From positions 512,001-576,000 of the forward strand of contig CAWFQK010000004.1 in NCBI GenBank assembly GCA_963817955.1: a DNA stretch of 64,000 nt, read 5' to 3'. A program made the translations under genes and the position numbers. The notes under the pieces are model-generated. The model had not been told where the DNA came from. It worked only from the letters and a program-made list of their open reading frames with translations, and made no database searches. This document shows positions 49,091 to 61,594 of this stretch, piece by piece; position 1 is the first letter of the stretch, and each line of letters begins with the position of its first letter. This DNA comes from an uncultured Gemmatimonadaceae bacterium. Lineage in GTDB: Bacteria > Gemmatimonadota > Gemmatimonadetes > Gemmatimonadales > Gemmatimonadaceae.

Positions 49091-49102
49091 CTCGCAGCGA
49101 TT

Positions 49103-50755
49103 TCACATCCTGTCCGGCGCCGTGATGCCCAACAACGCCAGGCCATTGCGCAGGACGAGCTGCGCGGCGCGCGCCAACACGAGACGGGCGCCCATGATCG
49201 GCTCTGGCTCGTTGAGGACGTGAGCTTTGTGGTACCACACGTGGATCTTGCCGGCGGTGTCGTGCAGGTAGGTCGCGATACGATGCGGCTCGAGCGATTC
49301 GGCGGCACCAGCGACGAGCGACGGGTAGTCGAGCAGGGCCTTGATCAGCTCCTGCTCGTCGGAGAGCGTGAGCACCGACAGGTCGGCGGAATCGCCCGTA
49401 ATCGAGGCTGGGTCGATCTCGCCGACGCGGAAGATGCCGGACAAGCGCGCATGGGCCATCTGGATGTAGTACACCGGGTTCTCATCCGACTGCGAGCGTG
49501 CGACGTCGATATCGAAGACCAACTGCGAGTCGCCCTTGCGCATGAGGAAGAAGTAACGCACCGCATCGCGCCCAACTTCGTCGACGAGATCGCGCACCGT
49601 CACGTAGCTCCCGGCGCGCTTGGAGATCTTCACCTCCTCGCCACCACGCATCACCGTCACCATCTGATGCAGCACGTACTCGGGATAGCCATGGGGAATC
49701 CCCATATCGAGCGCCTGCAGCCCCGCGCGCACTCGTGTCACCGTGCTGTGGTGATCGGCGCCTTGCACATTGATGGCGCGCGTGAACCCGCGTTCCCACT
49801 TGGTGATGTGGTACGCCACGTCGGGAACGAAGTACGTCGGCTCGCCGCCCTTCTCCGCGCTGCGCCGCATGACGCGGTCCTTGTCGTCGCCAAAGTCGGT
49901 CGTCTTCAGCCAGAGCGCACCGTCCTTCTCGTACGTGTGCCCGGCGGCGATGAGGCGCGCGATCGCGTCTTCCACGCGGCCGTCGCTGTACAGCGACGAC
50001 TCGAGGAAATACCTGTCGAACTTGACCCCGAACGCCTGGAGGTCGCGATCCTGTTCTTTGCGCAACTCGTGCACCGCGAAGCTGCGGATCGCGTCGAGTG
50101 CGTCGGCGTTCGGATCGGACGAATGCTCGTCGATGTAGCGCTGCGCGAGATCGCGGATATACTCGCCGTGATACCCGCCGTCGGGAAGCGGGACGTCCTG
50201 ACCGCCGAGCTGCCGCACGCGTGCTTGGACGCTGAGCGCGAGGTTGATGATCTGCGCGCCAGCATCGTTATAATAAAACTCTCGAGTCACCATCCAGCCG
50301 GTGGCGGCCAGTAACGAGGCGATCGCGTCGCCGAGCGCGGCCTGCCGTCCGTGACCGACGTGCAACGGTCCCGTCGGATTCGCCGAGACGAACTCCACGT
50401 TCACCGGGCACTGTTGGCCGGTGTTGGACGCACCGTACTGCGTTCCCGCGGCGATCAGGGCCCGCAGGCCCTCGGCCGACACGTCGGCGGCAACGCGAAA
50501 GTTGATGAAACCCGGTCCGGCGATCTCCGCGGCACTGATGCCCGCACGCCGAAAATCGAGCCGTTCAACGAGGGCCGCGGCCAGCTCCCGCGGCTTCTGG
50601 CCCAATGGCTTGGCCAGGACCATCGCCAGGTTCGTCGCCCAATCGCCAAACGATGGATCGCGTGGACGCTCGATTGCCGCCTCGACGCTGTCGGGCGCGC
50701 CGAGCGATACCGCGGCGCGACGCAACTCCGCGCGGAGCAGATCCGTGCCGTTCAT
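49103..50755 (-). CDS. argS: Arginine--tRNA ligase
   Basis: EFVSANPTGPLHVGH, GADHH, KISKRAG, YYIQMAHAR. Confidence 0.96.
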   Translation of the reverse strand: MNGTDLLRAELRRAAVSLGAPDSVEAAIERPRDPSFGDWATNLAMVLAKPLGQKPRELAAALVERLDFRRAGISAAEIAGPGFINFRVAADVSAEGLRALIAAGTQYGASNTGQQCPVNVEFVSANPTGPLHVGHGRQAALGDAIASLLAATGWMVTREFYYNDAGAQIINLALSVQARVRQLGGQDVPLPDGGYHGEYIRDLAQRYIDEHSSDPNADALDAIRSFAVHELRKEQDRDLQAFGVKFDRYFLESSLYSDGRVEDAIARLIAAGHTYEKDGALWLKTTDFGDDKDRVMRRSAEKGGEPTYFVPDVAYHITKWERGFTRAINVQGADHHSTVTRVRAGLQALDMGIPHGYPEYVLHQMVTVMRGGEEVKISKRAGSYVTVRDLVDEVGRDAVRYFFLMRKGDSQLVFDIDVARSQSDENPVYYIQMAHARLSGIFRVGEIDPASITGDSADLSVLTLSDEQELIKALLDYPSLVAGAAESLEPHRIATYLHDTAGKIHVWYHKAHVLNEPEPIMGARLVLARAAQLVLRNGLALLGITAPDRM

Positions 50756-51219
50756 TATTTCTCGGACTTTGGGCTGGTGGAACTCGACGTCGTGGATGTG
50801 CCGCCCGACTTGCGGTCCGTCGCCTTCGCTTCAGCCGGCTTCGAGTCCCCGGCCTTACTCTCGCGTTTCGAGTCGCCCGACTTCGCATCACTCGGCTTCG
50901 TTTCACTCGATTTCGACTCACCAGCCTTCGAGTCGCCCGACTTCGATTCAGTCGACTTCGAATCACCGGAATTCGCCGCCGCCGCGGCCGACTCACCCTT
51001 ATTCGGCGGCGCGTCGCCGGATGTTCGGTGCGCATTCTTGCCGTAGTCGGTCAGATAGAAGCCTGAGCCCTTGAACAGCAAGCCAGCGCCGGCGGACAGC
51101 TGTCGTTCAGCGATCTTCCCGCATATCGGGCACGTCACGTCTGTGACGGCGTCGCTCATCTTGCGATAGAAGCGCTCGAACTCGTGACCGTCGGGACAGC
51201 GATACTCGTAAGTCGGCAT
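50755..51219 (-). CDS. FmdB-family zinc-ribbon protein with a low-complexity tail
   Basis: MPTYEYRC, CPICG, FKGSGFYLTDY; S/K/E-rich pentapeptide repeats. Confidence 0.88.
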   Translation of the reverse strand: MPTYEYRCPDGHEFERFYRKMSDAVTDVTCPICGKIAERQLSAGAGLLFKGSGFYLTDYGKNAHRTSGDAPPNKGESAAAAANSGDSKSTESKSGDSKAGESKSSETKPSDAKSGDSKRESKAGDSKPAEAKATDRKSGGTSTTSSSTSPKSEK

Positions 51220-51352
51220 TCGGCTAAGACTTAGGCGGGAGGACTGAACATCCAAAGCTAGCCGCCGCTCGGAGCTCGTTCAAGTGACGCACTCGGCATC
51301 CCGGCGCCCCGAGCGCGCCGTGGTTGGCCCGAGCCATCGCCGTACATCGGTC

Positions 51353-52928
<1,576 letters not shown>

Positions 52929-52942
<14 letters not shown>

Positions 52943-53966
52943 GCTCCGTCTGGCCGGCGAGCATCTGATGTGCGAGCTCGACTTCGTTCTTGCTGCCGAT
53001 GTAGAGCGGCGTGCGCTGATGCAGTTCCGTGGGTGGGATATCGAGGATGCGTTGCGTCCCGTCGGATGCCGCGCCGCCGGCCTGCTCGACGATGAACGCG
53101 AGCGGATTCGCCTCGTACAGCAGCCGCAGTTTGCCCTTCGGCGATTTCTTGTTCGACGGATAGGCGAAGATGCCGCCGCCCAACAGATTGCGGTGGAAGT
53201 CGGCAACCAGCGATCCCACATAGCGCGTACTCAACGACTTGCGGTCGCCGTCCAACCCCTTGTACTTGCGCATGAGACCGCGAACGTTGTCGTCCCACAC
53301 CTGTTCGTACGAATCGTTCACCGACAGATAGCGGCCCTCTTTCGGGATCCGAATGGTGGGATGCGAGAGCAGGAACTCGCCGATCGATGGATCGAGCGTG
53401 AAGCCATGCACGCCCTGCCCGGTCGTATAGACCATCATCGTGCTCGAGCCATAGATCACGTAGCCTGCCGCCACCTGTCGGCGGCCTGGCTGCAAAATGT
53501 CCTCGAGTTCCCCGTGCCGTCCGCGCGTGATCTTGCGGACGACGGAGAAGATCGTGCCAACGGGCACGTTCACATCGATGTTCGACGATCCGTCGAGCGG
53601 ATCGAACATCAAGCAATACTTGCCGCACTTGAAGTGATCGGGAATCTGAATGATGCCCGGCTCCTCTTCCGACGCCATGGCGCACAGCCGGCCGCCATGG
53701 TCCATGGCTTTGATGATGATTTCATTCGCCAGGACGTCGAGCTTCTGCTGCACCTCGCCCTGGACGTTTTCGTTCTCAGTGGCACCAAGAATGTCGGCCA
53801 GACCGGCGCTGCGCACCTTGTTGGCGATCATCTTAGCCGCGAGCGCGAGATCGTAGAGGACACCGGACAACTCACCCGTGGCTTCGGGGTGATTCCGCTC
53901 TTCCTCGATGATGAAACGCTCGATCGTCACGACCGACGTTGCGGTATGTTTGACCACGCTGATCAT
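52929..53966 (-). CDS. fbp: Class 1 fructose-1,6-bisphosphatase
   Basis: [28 protein letters not shown]. Confidence 0.96.
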
Positions 53967-53969
53967 CCT

Positions 53970-54368
53970 CTACGAGTGAATCGTCTGCGCTTCGCGCAGA
54001 CGGGACGCCGCGTACTGGCGCGCCTCGACTTCGAAGCGATTCCTAACATAGCCGTGCCGCAACGACTCCCACAGGTACAGGAGAGGAAACGCTGCGCTTG
54101 CCTCAAACTGATGGGTATGCCGAAGTTCATGCAAGAGTAATTCGGCCGACGGCGCAATCTCTGGTGCCAACCAGATCGTTCGCCAGAGGGTAATCGCCGA
54201 CACAGTGTGCCGTCCGAGGCACCATCCCCCGACGCGCACCGGCAAACCGCCACGACGCCACCGGGCGCACGCCAGCTCGGGATACCGAGAGAGGAGATGC
54301 GTTGGCAACTCAGTCGGACGCCCGATCACGGCGCGCGCGGCGGCGGTGATGACGCTGGCAATTCCCAT
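53970..54368 (-). CDS. Small HExxH (DUF4157-like) protein
   Basis: SAITL..TI, LLLHELRHTHQF, YVRNRFEVEA. Confidence 0.75.
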   Translation of the reverse strand: MGIASVITAAARAVIGRPTELPTHLLSRYPELACARWRRGGLPVRVGGWCLGRHTVSAITLWRTIWLAPEIAPSAELLLHELRHTHQFEASAAFPLLYLWESLRHGYVRNRFEVEARQYAASRLREAQTIHS

Positions 54369-56548
54369 GTGTCTCCTGCCGCATCGACGAACAGCCGATG
54401 GCCATCGGTTCGCACGACGATGGTACCCAGGCGGTCGGTTCGCAATACCTGCGCCCGTCGCGCCGCCAGCGCCCGCAGAACGGCGGGGGTCGGAAGGTCA
54501 TAGGTGTTCCCCGCCCCGACGGACACGAGCGCCACACGCGGTTGCACCGCGTCGAGAAAAGCCGCGCTGCTGCTCGTGCCACTCCCATGGTGCCCCACTT
54601 TCAATACGTCGGCGGTCAGGCGACTTCGGTCGTGTGCCAATAACCACTCTTCTTCCGGGCGCTCGGCGTCGCCCATGAGCAACAAGCGGACGTCGCCCAC
54701 GCGCACCAACGAAACGACGCTCGCCAGATTCGGATCGGCGAGCGATGCAGTCCACGCAGAGTCAGGGGCCAAAAATGTGATCGTGATGCCGTCAACCGAC
54801 AGGCTGTCTCCCGGATGTGCGCGCCTCCATTCCACGCCTTCCTCGCGTGCCGCGAGGAGGGATGCTTGATACGCCTCGGCCGGTCCGGGAAACGCCGCGT
54901 CGATGTACGCCTGAGGATGGAACGCCCGCAGCACAGTCGCCGCGCCGCCCACGTGATCGGTGTGCGGGTGCGATAGGACGAAGAAGTCGAGCCGCCCGCC
55001 CCGCCGGCCGATGTATGGCACAATCGTCGAGCGACCAGCGTCACCGCCGAGCCAGGCACGCCCTGCATCGAACAGGATCCAGTGTCCATGCGCGGTACGC
55101 AACGCGACGGCATCGCCCTGGCCAACATCGATCATGTGCAGCTCGACGTATCCGGACCGCTCGGGCACGAGCGGGAGCCAGAGCATTCCTGCACAGGCAG
55201 CGGCGGCTATTGTTGCCGGCCGAATCCAGTCGCGCGACGCACATGCCACGACGACGCCAACCGACATGATGCCGGCGATCACGGCGCAGGCCAGCGTCGG
55301 TGCCACGATGACCGACGCGTGCGGCAGAGATGACGCCGTCGCCGCGACGTCATTCAGTGCGAATAGAAGCGGATGCACGGCGTCGCCGATCAGCTTGGCC
55401 ACGACGGGGAATGGCGACAGGACGAATCCCGCGAACACCATTGGCTGCACGACCGCCATCAGGGGACCAGCCGCGAGATTGCTCAGCGGTGCAACGACAC
55501 TCACACGTCCGAACACCCACGCCACGATCGGCGCCGAGGCAATCGTCGCGACCGTCGTACCGATCAACGTCACGACAATCACGTGCAGCAGCCAGTGCAG
55601 CCGGTGAGCACCAATGCGCTTCGCGAGCATGCCCGCGGAAATCATTGCTGCCACGCCAATGACGCTCAGTTGATATCCGACGTCGAGCACGACCCGTGGA
55701 TCGATCACTGGATGCGCCGCACCGAGCGAGACAATCGCCCAGCGCGAGGTTGGCCGCTGCGCCATCCGGCAGGTGAGGGCAACGACGAGCATCACCGCCG
55801 CGCGAACGGCAGGAATTGGCGCGCCGATCAAGGCCACGTACAGCACGATGACTCCGATCGTCGCGGTCGACGCCCGCTGTCGCGGAAGGCCGCACAGCTC
55901 GAGTGCGAGCTCGATGGCCCCCGCGATTATACCGATGTGCAGGCCGGCGATGGCCAGAATGTGCGCCAGTCCAGCGGCCGCGAATCGATCGCGAATCTCC
56001 GGCGACAGTTCGTGGCGATCGGCAATGAGCAGGGCGCGTACGAGCGGTGCATCGGCGTCGAATGTGCGGTCGATCGCGCGGCCAGCCGCAGCACGCCAGC
56101 GGCGTACTCCCGACGGCGCCCGCACGACCACGATTCTCGCATGCTGCACAAGCACCCCGCGCGCGGCACGCACGATATTTCCACGCGCACGGACGGTGGC
56201 GCCCGCTGAGGCGCTTCCTCTGTCGACCGACACCGCCACCGACGCGTTGCAGTGCTCGAGTTCACCGCGCACGTACGCACCGGGCGCCGCGCTATCGCCG
56301 AGGACGAGCGTCAGCACGGGCGCACGTAGCGCGCGCTCGAGACAGGTCGCCGCGGCGCGATCGCTCGCGCGGGCGATGACGATCCCGGCCAGCGCCAACG
56401 CGGCGCATACCCCCATCGGCGTGTGCCCCCGCCGACGCGCCGTGACCGCCGCGGCGGCACACGCAAGAATGCCGAGCGATGGCGATCCGGAATATCCAGC
56501 CATGAGGCCGGCGAGGTAGGCAACGAGCGCGAATGCAACGAGAGGCAT
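54326..56548 (-). CDS. comEC: Competence protein ComEC/Rec2
   Basis: HILAIAGLH, GYQLS, DVGQGD, SHPHTDH, KVGHHGS. Confidence 0.92.
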   Translation of the reverse strand: MPLVAFALVAYLAGLMAGYSGSPSLGILACAAAAVTARRRGHTPMGVCAALALAGIVIARASDRAAATCLERALRAPVLTLVLGDSAAPGAYVRGELEHCNASVAVSVDRGSASAGATVRARGNIVRAARGVLVQHARIVVVRAPSGVRRWRAAAGRAIDRTFDADAPLVRALLIADRHELSPEIRDRFAAAGLAHILAIAGLHIGIIAGAIELALELCGLPRQRASTATIGVIVLYVALIGAPIPAVRAAVMLVVALTCRMAQRPTSRWAIVSLGAAHPVIDPRVVLDVGYQLSVIGVAAMISAGMLAKRIGAHRLHWLLHVIVVTLIGTTVATIASAPIVAWVFGRVSVVAPLSNLAAGPLMAVVQPMVFAGFVLSPFPVVAKLIGDAVHPLLFALNDVAATASSLPHASVIVAPTLACAVIAGIMSVGVVVACASRDWIRPATIAAAACAGMLWLPLVPERSGYVELHMIDVGQGDAVALRTAHGHWILFDAGRAWLGGDAGRSTIVPYIGRRGGRLDFFVLSHPHTDHVGGAATVLRAFHPQAYIDAAFPGPAEAYQASLLAAREEGVEWRRAHPGDSLSVDGITITFLAPDSAWTASLADPNLASVVSLVRVGDVRLLLMGDAERPEEEWLLAHDRSRLTADVLKVGHHGSGTSSSAAFLDAVQPRVALVSVGAGNTYDLPTPAVLRALAARRAQVLRTDRLGTIVVRTDGHRLFVDAAGDTWELPASSPPPRAP

Positions 56549-56624
56549 GTCGGGGGAGTGTTCGCTCCGCGCCAGACATGCCTCGCATCATTGTACCGCG
56601 ACCAGGATCACGATCGTGCCGCGG

Positions 56625-57965
56625 TCACCCCGCCAGCGGGAGCGGTCGGCGGTCGCGAACGATCTGACCGGTGAAGGTCGATCCCGTAGTCCCCGTGAAC
56701 TCCACGGGCAGATACTGCCCGACCATGCGTTCATCGCCCGGCACGAGCACCGTCTTGAAATCGCGTGTACGCGTTTGCAGCAGTTCGCCGCCGCGGCGGG
56801 CAACCTTCTCCACCAGCACTTCGGCACGCACGCCAAGCTGCTGGAGGTTCGACGCGCGTGCGATGCCGCGCAGCGTTTCGACGAGGCGCGCCAGACGCTC
56901 GCTCGCGACCTCGTCCGGCACAGTCAGCTCGGCCGGCATGCGGGTAGCCGGGGTGCCGTCACGCGGCGAAAACTTGAAGGTGAAACCGTCGGCGAACCCA
57001 ACTTCGCGCACGGCGGCGAGCGTCTCCTCGAAGTCCTCGTCCGTCTCGCCCGGAAAGCCGACGATCACGTCCGTGGTGACCGACAATCCCGGGATAGCCG
57101 AGCGCAGCCGAGCCACGCAGTCGAGATAACTCTCGCGCGTATAGCGGCGCAGCATGCGTTTGAGAATCCGAGACGACCCGGACTGCATGGGCAGGTGCAC
57201 GTGCTCGCATACGGCCTCCACCTCGGCCATCGCCTCGATCACCGGATCCGTGAAGTCGTTCGGATGTGGGCTCGTGAAGCGGAGTCGCCGAACGCCGTCC
57301 ACGCGGCCCACGGCACGCAGCAGATCGGCAAACCCAGACTTGCCATCGAAGTACGAATTCACCGTCTGGCCGAGCAACACCACTTCAGTCATCCCCTCGG
57401 CGACCACCGCTTCGACTTCGCGAACGACATCGGCGAGCGCTCGACTGCGCTCCGGTCCACGCGTGGTCGGCACGATGCAGTAGGTGCATTTATAGTCGCA
57501 GCCGCGCTGCACCGGGATCCACGCCTTGACCTTGTCGAAGCGTCGCGGCTGGAAATCCTCGTAGTGTTCCTCGAGGTCGAACGTGGTCGCGACGTTCCGT
57601 TCGCCGTGGCGCGCACCGTCGATGAGCGCCGGAAGTGCACGATAGCTGTCGGGTCCGATCACGAGACTGACGTGCTTTGCCTTCGCGAGAATCTGCGGGC
57701 CGAGCCGCTGAGCCATGCAGCCGGTAATCCCCATGATTGCGCCGGGCTTCATATTCCGCTTGAGCTCGCCGAGGCGCCCGATAACGCGCTGCTCGGCGTG
57801 GTCGCGGATGGCGCAGGTGTTGAGGAGGATGACGTCGGCGCCGTCGGCCTGATCGACAGCGTCATACCCATGCGCCGCGAGCTTGCCGAGCATCAGCTCG
57901 GAATCGCTCACGTTCATCTGGCAGCCGTACGTCTCGACGTACACGGTGGGGCGCGGATCGGTCAT
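56625..57965 (-). CDS. miaB: tRNA ms2i6A37 methylthiotransferase
   Basis: TYGCQMNVSDS, NTCAIR, GCDYKCTYC, LLGQTVNSY; TRAM domain. Confidence 0.95.
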   Translation of the reverse strand: MTDPRPTVYVETYGCQMNVSDSELMLGKLAAHGYDAVDQADGADVILLNTCAIRDHAEQRVIGRLGELKRNMKPGAIMGITGCMAQRLGPQILAKAKHVSLVIGPDSYRALPALIDGARHGERNVATTFDLEEHYEDFQPRRFDKVKAWIPVQRGCDYKCTYCIVPTTRGPERSRALADVVREVEAVVAEGMTEVVLLGQTVNSYFDGKSGFADLLRAVGRVDGVRRLRFTSPHPNDFTDPVIEAMAEVEAVCEHVHLPMQSGSSRILKRMLRRYTRESYLDCVARLRSAIPGLSVTTDVIVGFPGETDEDFEETLAAVREVGFADGFTFKFSPRDGTPATRMPAELTVPDEVASERLARLVETLRGIARASNLQQLGVRAEVLVEKVARRGGELLQTRTRDFKTVLVPGDERMVGQYLPVEFTGTTGSTFTGQIVRDRRPLPLAG

Positions 57966-59215
57966 CAGTCAGCGGGATAGGCGAGCACGCGATTGCCCTG
58001 TGAGACGAGCCGCGCGGCGTAGCGGTCTCCACGCGGGCGGGCCGGGTCGGCGAGCAACACCGAAAGGTAGTCGCCGGTCAGCCCTTCGCGCGCGCCGGCC
58101 CCGCCGATCACGATGACGTCAGCCTGACCACCGATGCGACCGGTCAGATACGCCGAGGCCTTGTCGCGGGCGAGCGCGCGGATCTCGGCTGCCCGCGCGC
58201 CCGCCACCGACGGTGTGACCTGGTCCGGAAGCCGTTCGGACGGCGTGCCCGGCCGAACGGAGTATGGAAAGACATGCAAGTACGTGAACGGCAAGCGATC
58301 CACGAGGCGCATCGTCGCCGCGTGATCCTCGTCGCGTTCGCCCGGGAATCCGGTGATGACGTCCGCGCCCAATCCAAGAACGCTCATGGTTGCGGCGAGC
58401 CGCTCGATCGCGTCGGCATAGGTGGCGCTCGTATACCAGTGTCGGCCCATGCGTCGCAGCACCCGGTCGGATCCCGACTGGAGGGGCGCATGGACGTGCG
58501 GCACAAGCCGCTCTGGCATGCCTGCGAACAGGGCCAGGAGCACGTCGTCGACCTCCGTGGCTTCGATCGACGACAGACGGAAGCGGACCGCGGCGACGTC
58601 GCGCACGAGACGCGTCATCAGTGCGGCGAGCGAGGTGCCGATGTCCGCGCCATATGTGCCGATGTGAATGCCAGTGATGACGATCTCCGGATGATGTTCG
58701 GCGAGCACCGACGCCTCATGCACCAGCTCGTCCACCGGGCGGCTCCGATTCGCGCCGCGCGCCATGGTCGTCGCGCAGAACGTGCAATGTTCGTCGCAGC
58801 CATCCTGGATGCGGAGCAGCGCGCGCGTCGAGCGCTGGCGTTCGGTGAGCACCGCGCTGACGGCGACGGGCAGATCGAGCGCCTTGGCGATCGCCGGGAG
58901 ATCTGCGCCGGCAATGACGTGATCCACCGTGGGCAGTGTCCCGAGCCGGCGCTCGATGGGACGATCGCGCTCCAGCGCCGACGCGCATCCCATGACGATG
59001 CTGCGCAACTCCGGCCGCCGACGTGCCGCCTGGCGCACCACCTTGCGCAACTCGGCTTCAGCGCTCGCTGTGACGGCGCAGGTATTGAAGACCGCGGCGT
59101 CGGCCTCCTGCACGGATTCGACGACCTCGTAGCCGCCCGATGCAAGCATCGTGCGGACCGCTTCGGTGTCGTACTGATTGGCGCGACACCCGAAGGTGCG
59201 CAGGTACACCCTCAC
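57965..59215 (-). CDS. mtaB: tRNA ms2t6A37 methylthiotransferase (MtaB-like)
   Basis: FGCRANQYDTE, IQDGCDEHCTFC, EIVITGIHIG, LHVFPYS. Confidence 0.8.
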   Translation of the reverse strand: MRVYLRTFGCRANQYDTEAVRTMLASGGYEVVESVQEADAAVFNTCAVTASAEAELRKVVRQAARRRPELRSIVMGCASALERDRPIERRLGTLPTVDHVIAGADLPAIAKALDLPVAVSAVLTERQRSTRALLRIQDGCDEHCTFCATTMARGANRSRPVDELVHEASVLAEHHPEIVITGIHIGTYGADIGTSLAALMTRLVRDVAAVRFRLSSIEATEVDDVLLALFAGMPERLVPHVHAPLQSGSDRVLRRMGRHWYTSATYADAIERLAATMSVLGLGADVITGFPGERDEDHAATMRLVDRLPFTYLHVFPYSVRPGTPSERLPDQVTPSVAGARAAEIRALARDKASAYLTGRIGGQADVIVIGGAGAREGLTGDYLSVLLADPARPRGDRYAARLVSQGNRVLAYPAD

Positions 59216-60414
59216 GCCGGCGCGGTGCCCGTCGAAATACCGCGCGCTTCACGATGCGGCGGCTTCGTGGGCAAGACAAAATGGAACGAGCTGCCCTTTC
59301 CCTCGCCCGGACTCTGCACCCAGATCCGGCCGCCGTGCGCGTCGATGACGAGCTTACAGAACGCCAACCCGAGTCCGGAACTGCGTGTGCGCGGGATGTT
59401 CGGATTCTTCACGCGTTCAAACTTGCGGAAGATCACTTCATGATACTCCGGCGGAATGCCGGGACCATTGTCAGTCACGGTGAAGAGGATGCCGTCATCC
59501 TCGCGGCGGGCAGACAACTGCAGCTTGATGGCGCTCGCCGTGTGCGTCAGCGCGTTCTGCACGAGGTTCCCGAGCACCCGCTTGAGCAGCGGCTTGTCGG
59601 CGTCGAAGACCGGCGCGTCGTCGGCCACCTCCACCGTCGCCGCCGCGTGTTCCTGCTGAAAGCGGATTGCCCATTCGTGCAGGATCTCGTTGAGCAGCGC
59701 CGCCGGCGCGATCGGCTGCAGATCGAGCGCCACGTTCGCTTCCTCGAGGCGCGACACCTCGAGCAAGTCGCCGATGAGCGCCAAGAGATCCTCGGCCTTG
59801 CCCTCGGCGTCCGAGAGCATCGACCGCTGCTCGGCATTGAGCGCGCCCAGATCGCCGTCGATCAGCATCTCCATACTCGCCAACACCGACGTGAGCGGCG
59901 TCTTGAGATCGTGCACGATCATCTTCATCAGATCGTCGCGCATCTTCTCGACTTCGCGCAGCTTACGCAGCGTGTCCTCGAGTGAGTCGGTCGCGGCTTT
60001 CAGCTTGAGGAGGCTGCGCACGCGCGCTCCGAGCACCAGCCGGTTGTGCGGTTTGGTCAGGAAGTCGTCGCCACCAGCTTCGATCGCCTTCACACGATCC
60101 GTGGTGTCGTTGAGCGCCGTCACGAAGATGACAGGAATGCTCTTCGTGCGCGGATCGCGCTTGATGCGCCGGCAGACCTCGAAGCCAGTCGACCGGTCGT
60201 CGACGCCAAGCGTCCCTGCCGGCATGGAGACATCGAGAATACAGAGGTCCGGCCGATGCTCGAAGCACCCGGCGAGCGCGCTCGGACCGTCGAAGGCGGC
60301 GACCGCGCGGAAGCCGAGGACGTGGAGTTGATCGAACAACAGCTCCACGTTCGCCGCGACGTCGTCGGCGACGAGAATCAGCGGTGCATGTTCGGAGGGA
60401 GCGTTGATCTCCAC
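59212..60414 (-). CDS. Hybrid response regulator/histidine kinase (REC-HisKA-HATPase)
   Basis: ILVADD, LDVSMP, FLTKP; VHDLKTPL; NLVQNA; GLGL; start approximate. Confidence 0.9.
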   Translation of the reverse strand: MEINAPSEHAPLILVADDVAANVELLFDQLHVLGFRAVAAFDGPSALAGCFEHRPDLCILDVSMPAGTLGVDDRSTGFEVCRRIKRDPRTKSIPVIFVTALNDTTDRVKAIEAGGDDFLTKPHNRLVLGARVRSLLKLKAATDSLEDTLRKLREVEKMRDDLMKMIVHDLKTPLTSVLASMEMLIDGDLGALNAEQRSMLSDAEGKAEDLLALIGDLLEVSRLEEANVALDLQPIAPAALLNEILHEWAIRFQQEHAAATVEVADDAPVFDADKPLLKRVLGNLVQNALTHTASAIKLQLSARREDDGILFTVTDNGPGIPPEYHEVIFRKFERVKNPNIPRTRSSGLGLAFCKLVIDAHGGRIWVQSPGEGKGSSFHFVLPTKPPHREARGISTGTAPA

Positions 60415-60421
60415 GAACGGC

Positions 60422-61594
60422 TCACGGCCGAACGCTGAGACCGAGACTGATGATCCACGCCTTCTCGCTGGCGGCGATCGCGGCAGTCCGGTCTGCGTGT
60501 ATGAGGGCAAGGTCTGCGAGCACGTGTCCATTGGCGAGGCTGGTCCCCACGCCGCCGGAAATACTCTTCTCCGTGACCGTGTGGCCCGAGGTCTGGAAGG
60601 GCAACGTGCGATCTCGGAAGCCACCGCGCAGAGAGATGCTCCGTTCGCCCCACCGTGGCCCGGCGATGTCGGCCCCAATGCTCGTGTCCCAGGCGTCCAC
60701 GCCGACCAGTCCTTTGGACCCGAGGCTGCCCAGCGACGACCAGTTCTCCCGGGAGGTGCGCACCGCGATCGCCGAATTCGCGATTCCCGTATATGCGATC
60801 GACGCGCCGTAGCGGTTCGGGACGTTGGCCGACGTCAGTGCCGTGTCCGACGCCGACAGATTCAACGTTCCGCCGGCACGCCCGGAGAATGCCACTTCGA
60901 CGCTGTTCGACATCAGTTGCACGCCACCCGATACAGCCTTGCCGCTGAAACCCAGCACGCGTTGCTGTGTGAACGACGAGAACTCGGTGGTATCGCTGGG
61001 GAACGCTTGCGTCAGCGTAATCAGATTGCGTCCGGTGATCGCATGCACGCCCAACCCAAGATGGAGCCACGACGTTGGCAAGAACGCCGACGCGAGACGA
61101 ACGTCGTTCATCGCCCCGTCGATCTTGTACGTCGTGGTCATCGGGATACTGTCCGTTCCATTCAACACCTGGATCGTGTTGAATGATGTGCTCGACGTCC
61201 GGTCCAGCAACGTCGACGACCCGATACTGAACACCCAGCGGGAGCCGATCGGTATGGCGCCGAACACAATGGGATATCTAGCAGTAGTCGTGCGTTCCGG
61301 GCCGGCCGACGTGGTGACGGTCCGGTACTCCGGTTCGATCTGAAAGTATACAAGACGTGACCCGAGCTGCCCGATGGCCGCGGGGTTGATCGGCGACAGC
61401 GGATCCATTTCGCCGAGCGATCCGCCGGCGCCGGACGCGCGGGTGCTGAACTGGCCCGTGGGATAGCCGAAGCCTTGGCTACTCAGATTAGACTGTGCTC
61501 GCAGCACGACCGGCGTTGCAAGCAGGAGCGCGGCCAGGAGCAGCGCCCCGCCGTGGATGGTGCGTATGACGCGCATCGTGAAGGACATCATCAT
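60422..61594 (-). CDS. Predicted outer-membrane beta-barrel protein
   Basis: Signal peptide ending LRAQ; INPA motif; amphipathic strands. Confidence 0.75.
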   Translation of the reverse strand: MMMSFTMRVIRTIHGGALLLAALLLATPVVLRAQSNLSSQGFGYPTGQFSTRASGAGGSLGEMDPLSPINPAAIGQLGSRLVYFQIEPEYRTVTTSAGPERTTTARYPIVFGAIPIGSRWVFSIGSSTLLDRTSSTSFNTIQVLNGTDSIPMTTTYKIDGAMNDVRLASAFLPTSWLHLGLGVHAITGRNLITLTQAFPSDTTEFSSFTQQRVLGFSGKAVSGGVQLMSNSVEVAFSGRAGGTLNLSASDTALTSANVPNRYGASIAYTGIANSAIAVRTSRENWSSLGSLGSKGLVGVDAWDTSIGADIAGPRWGERSISLRGGFRDRTLPFQTSGHTVTEKSISGGVGTSLANGHVLADLALIHADRTAAIAASEKAWIISLGLSVRP

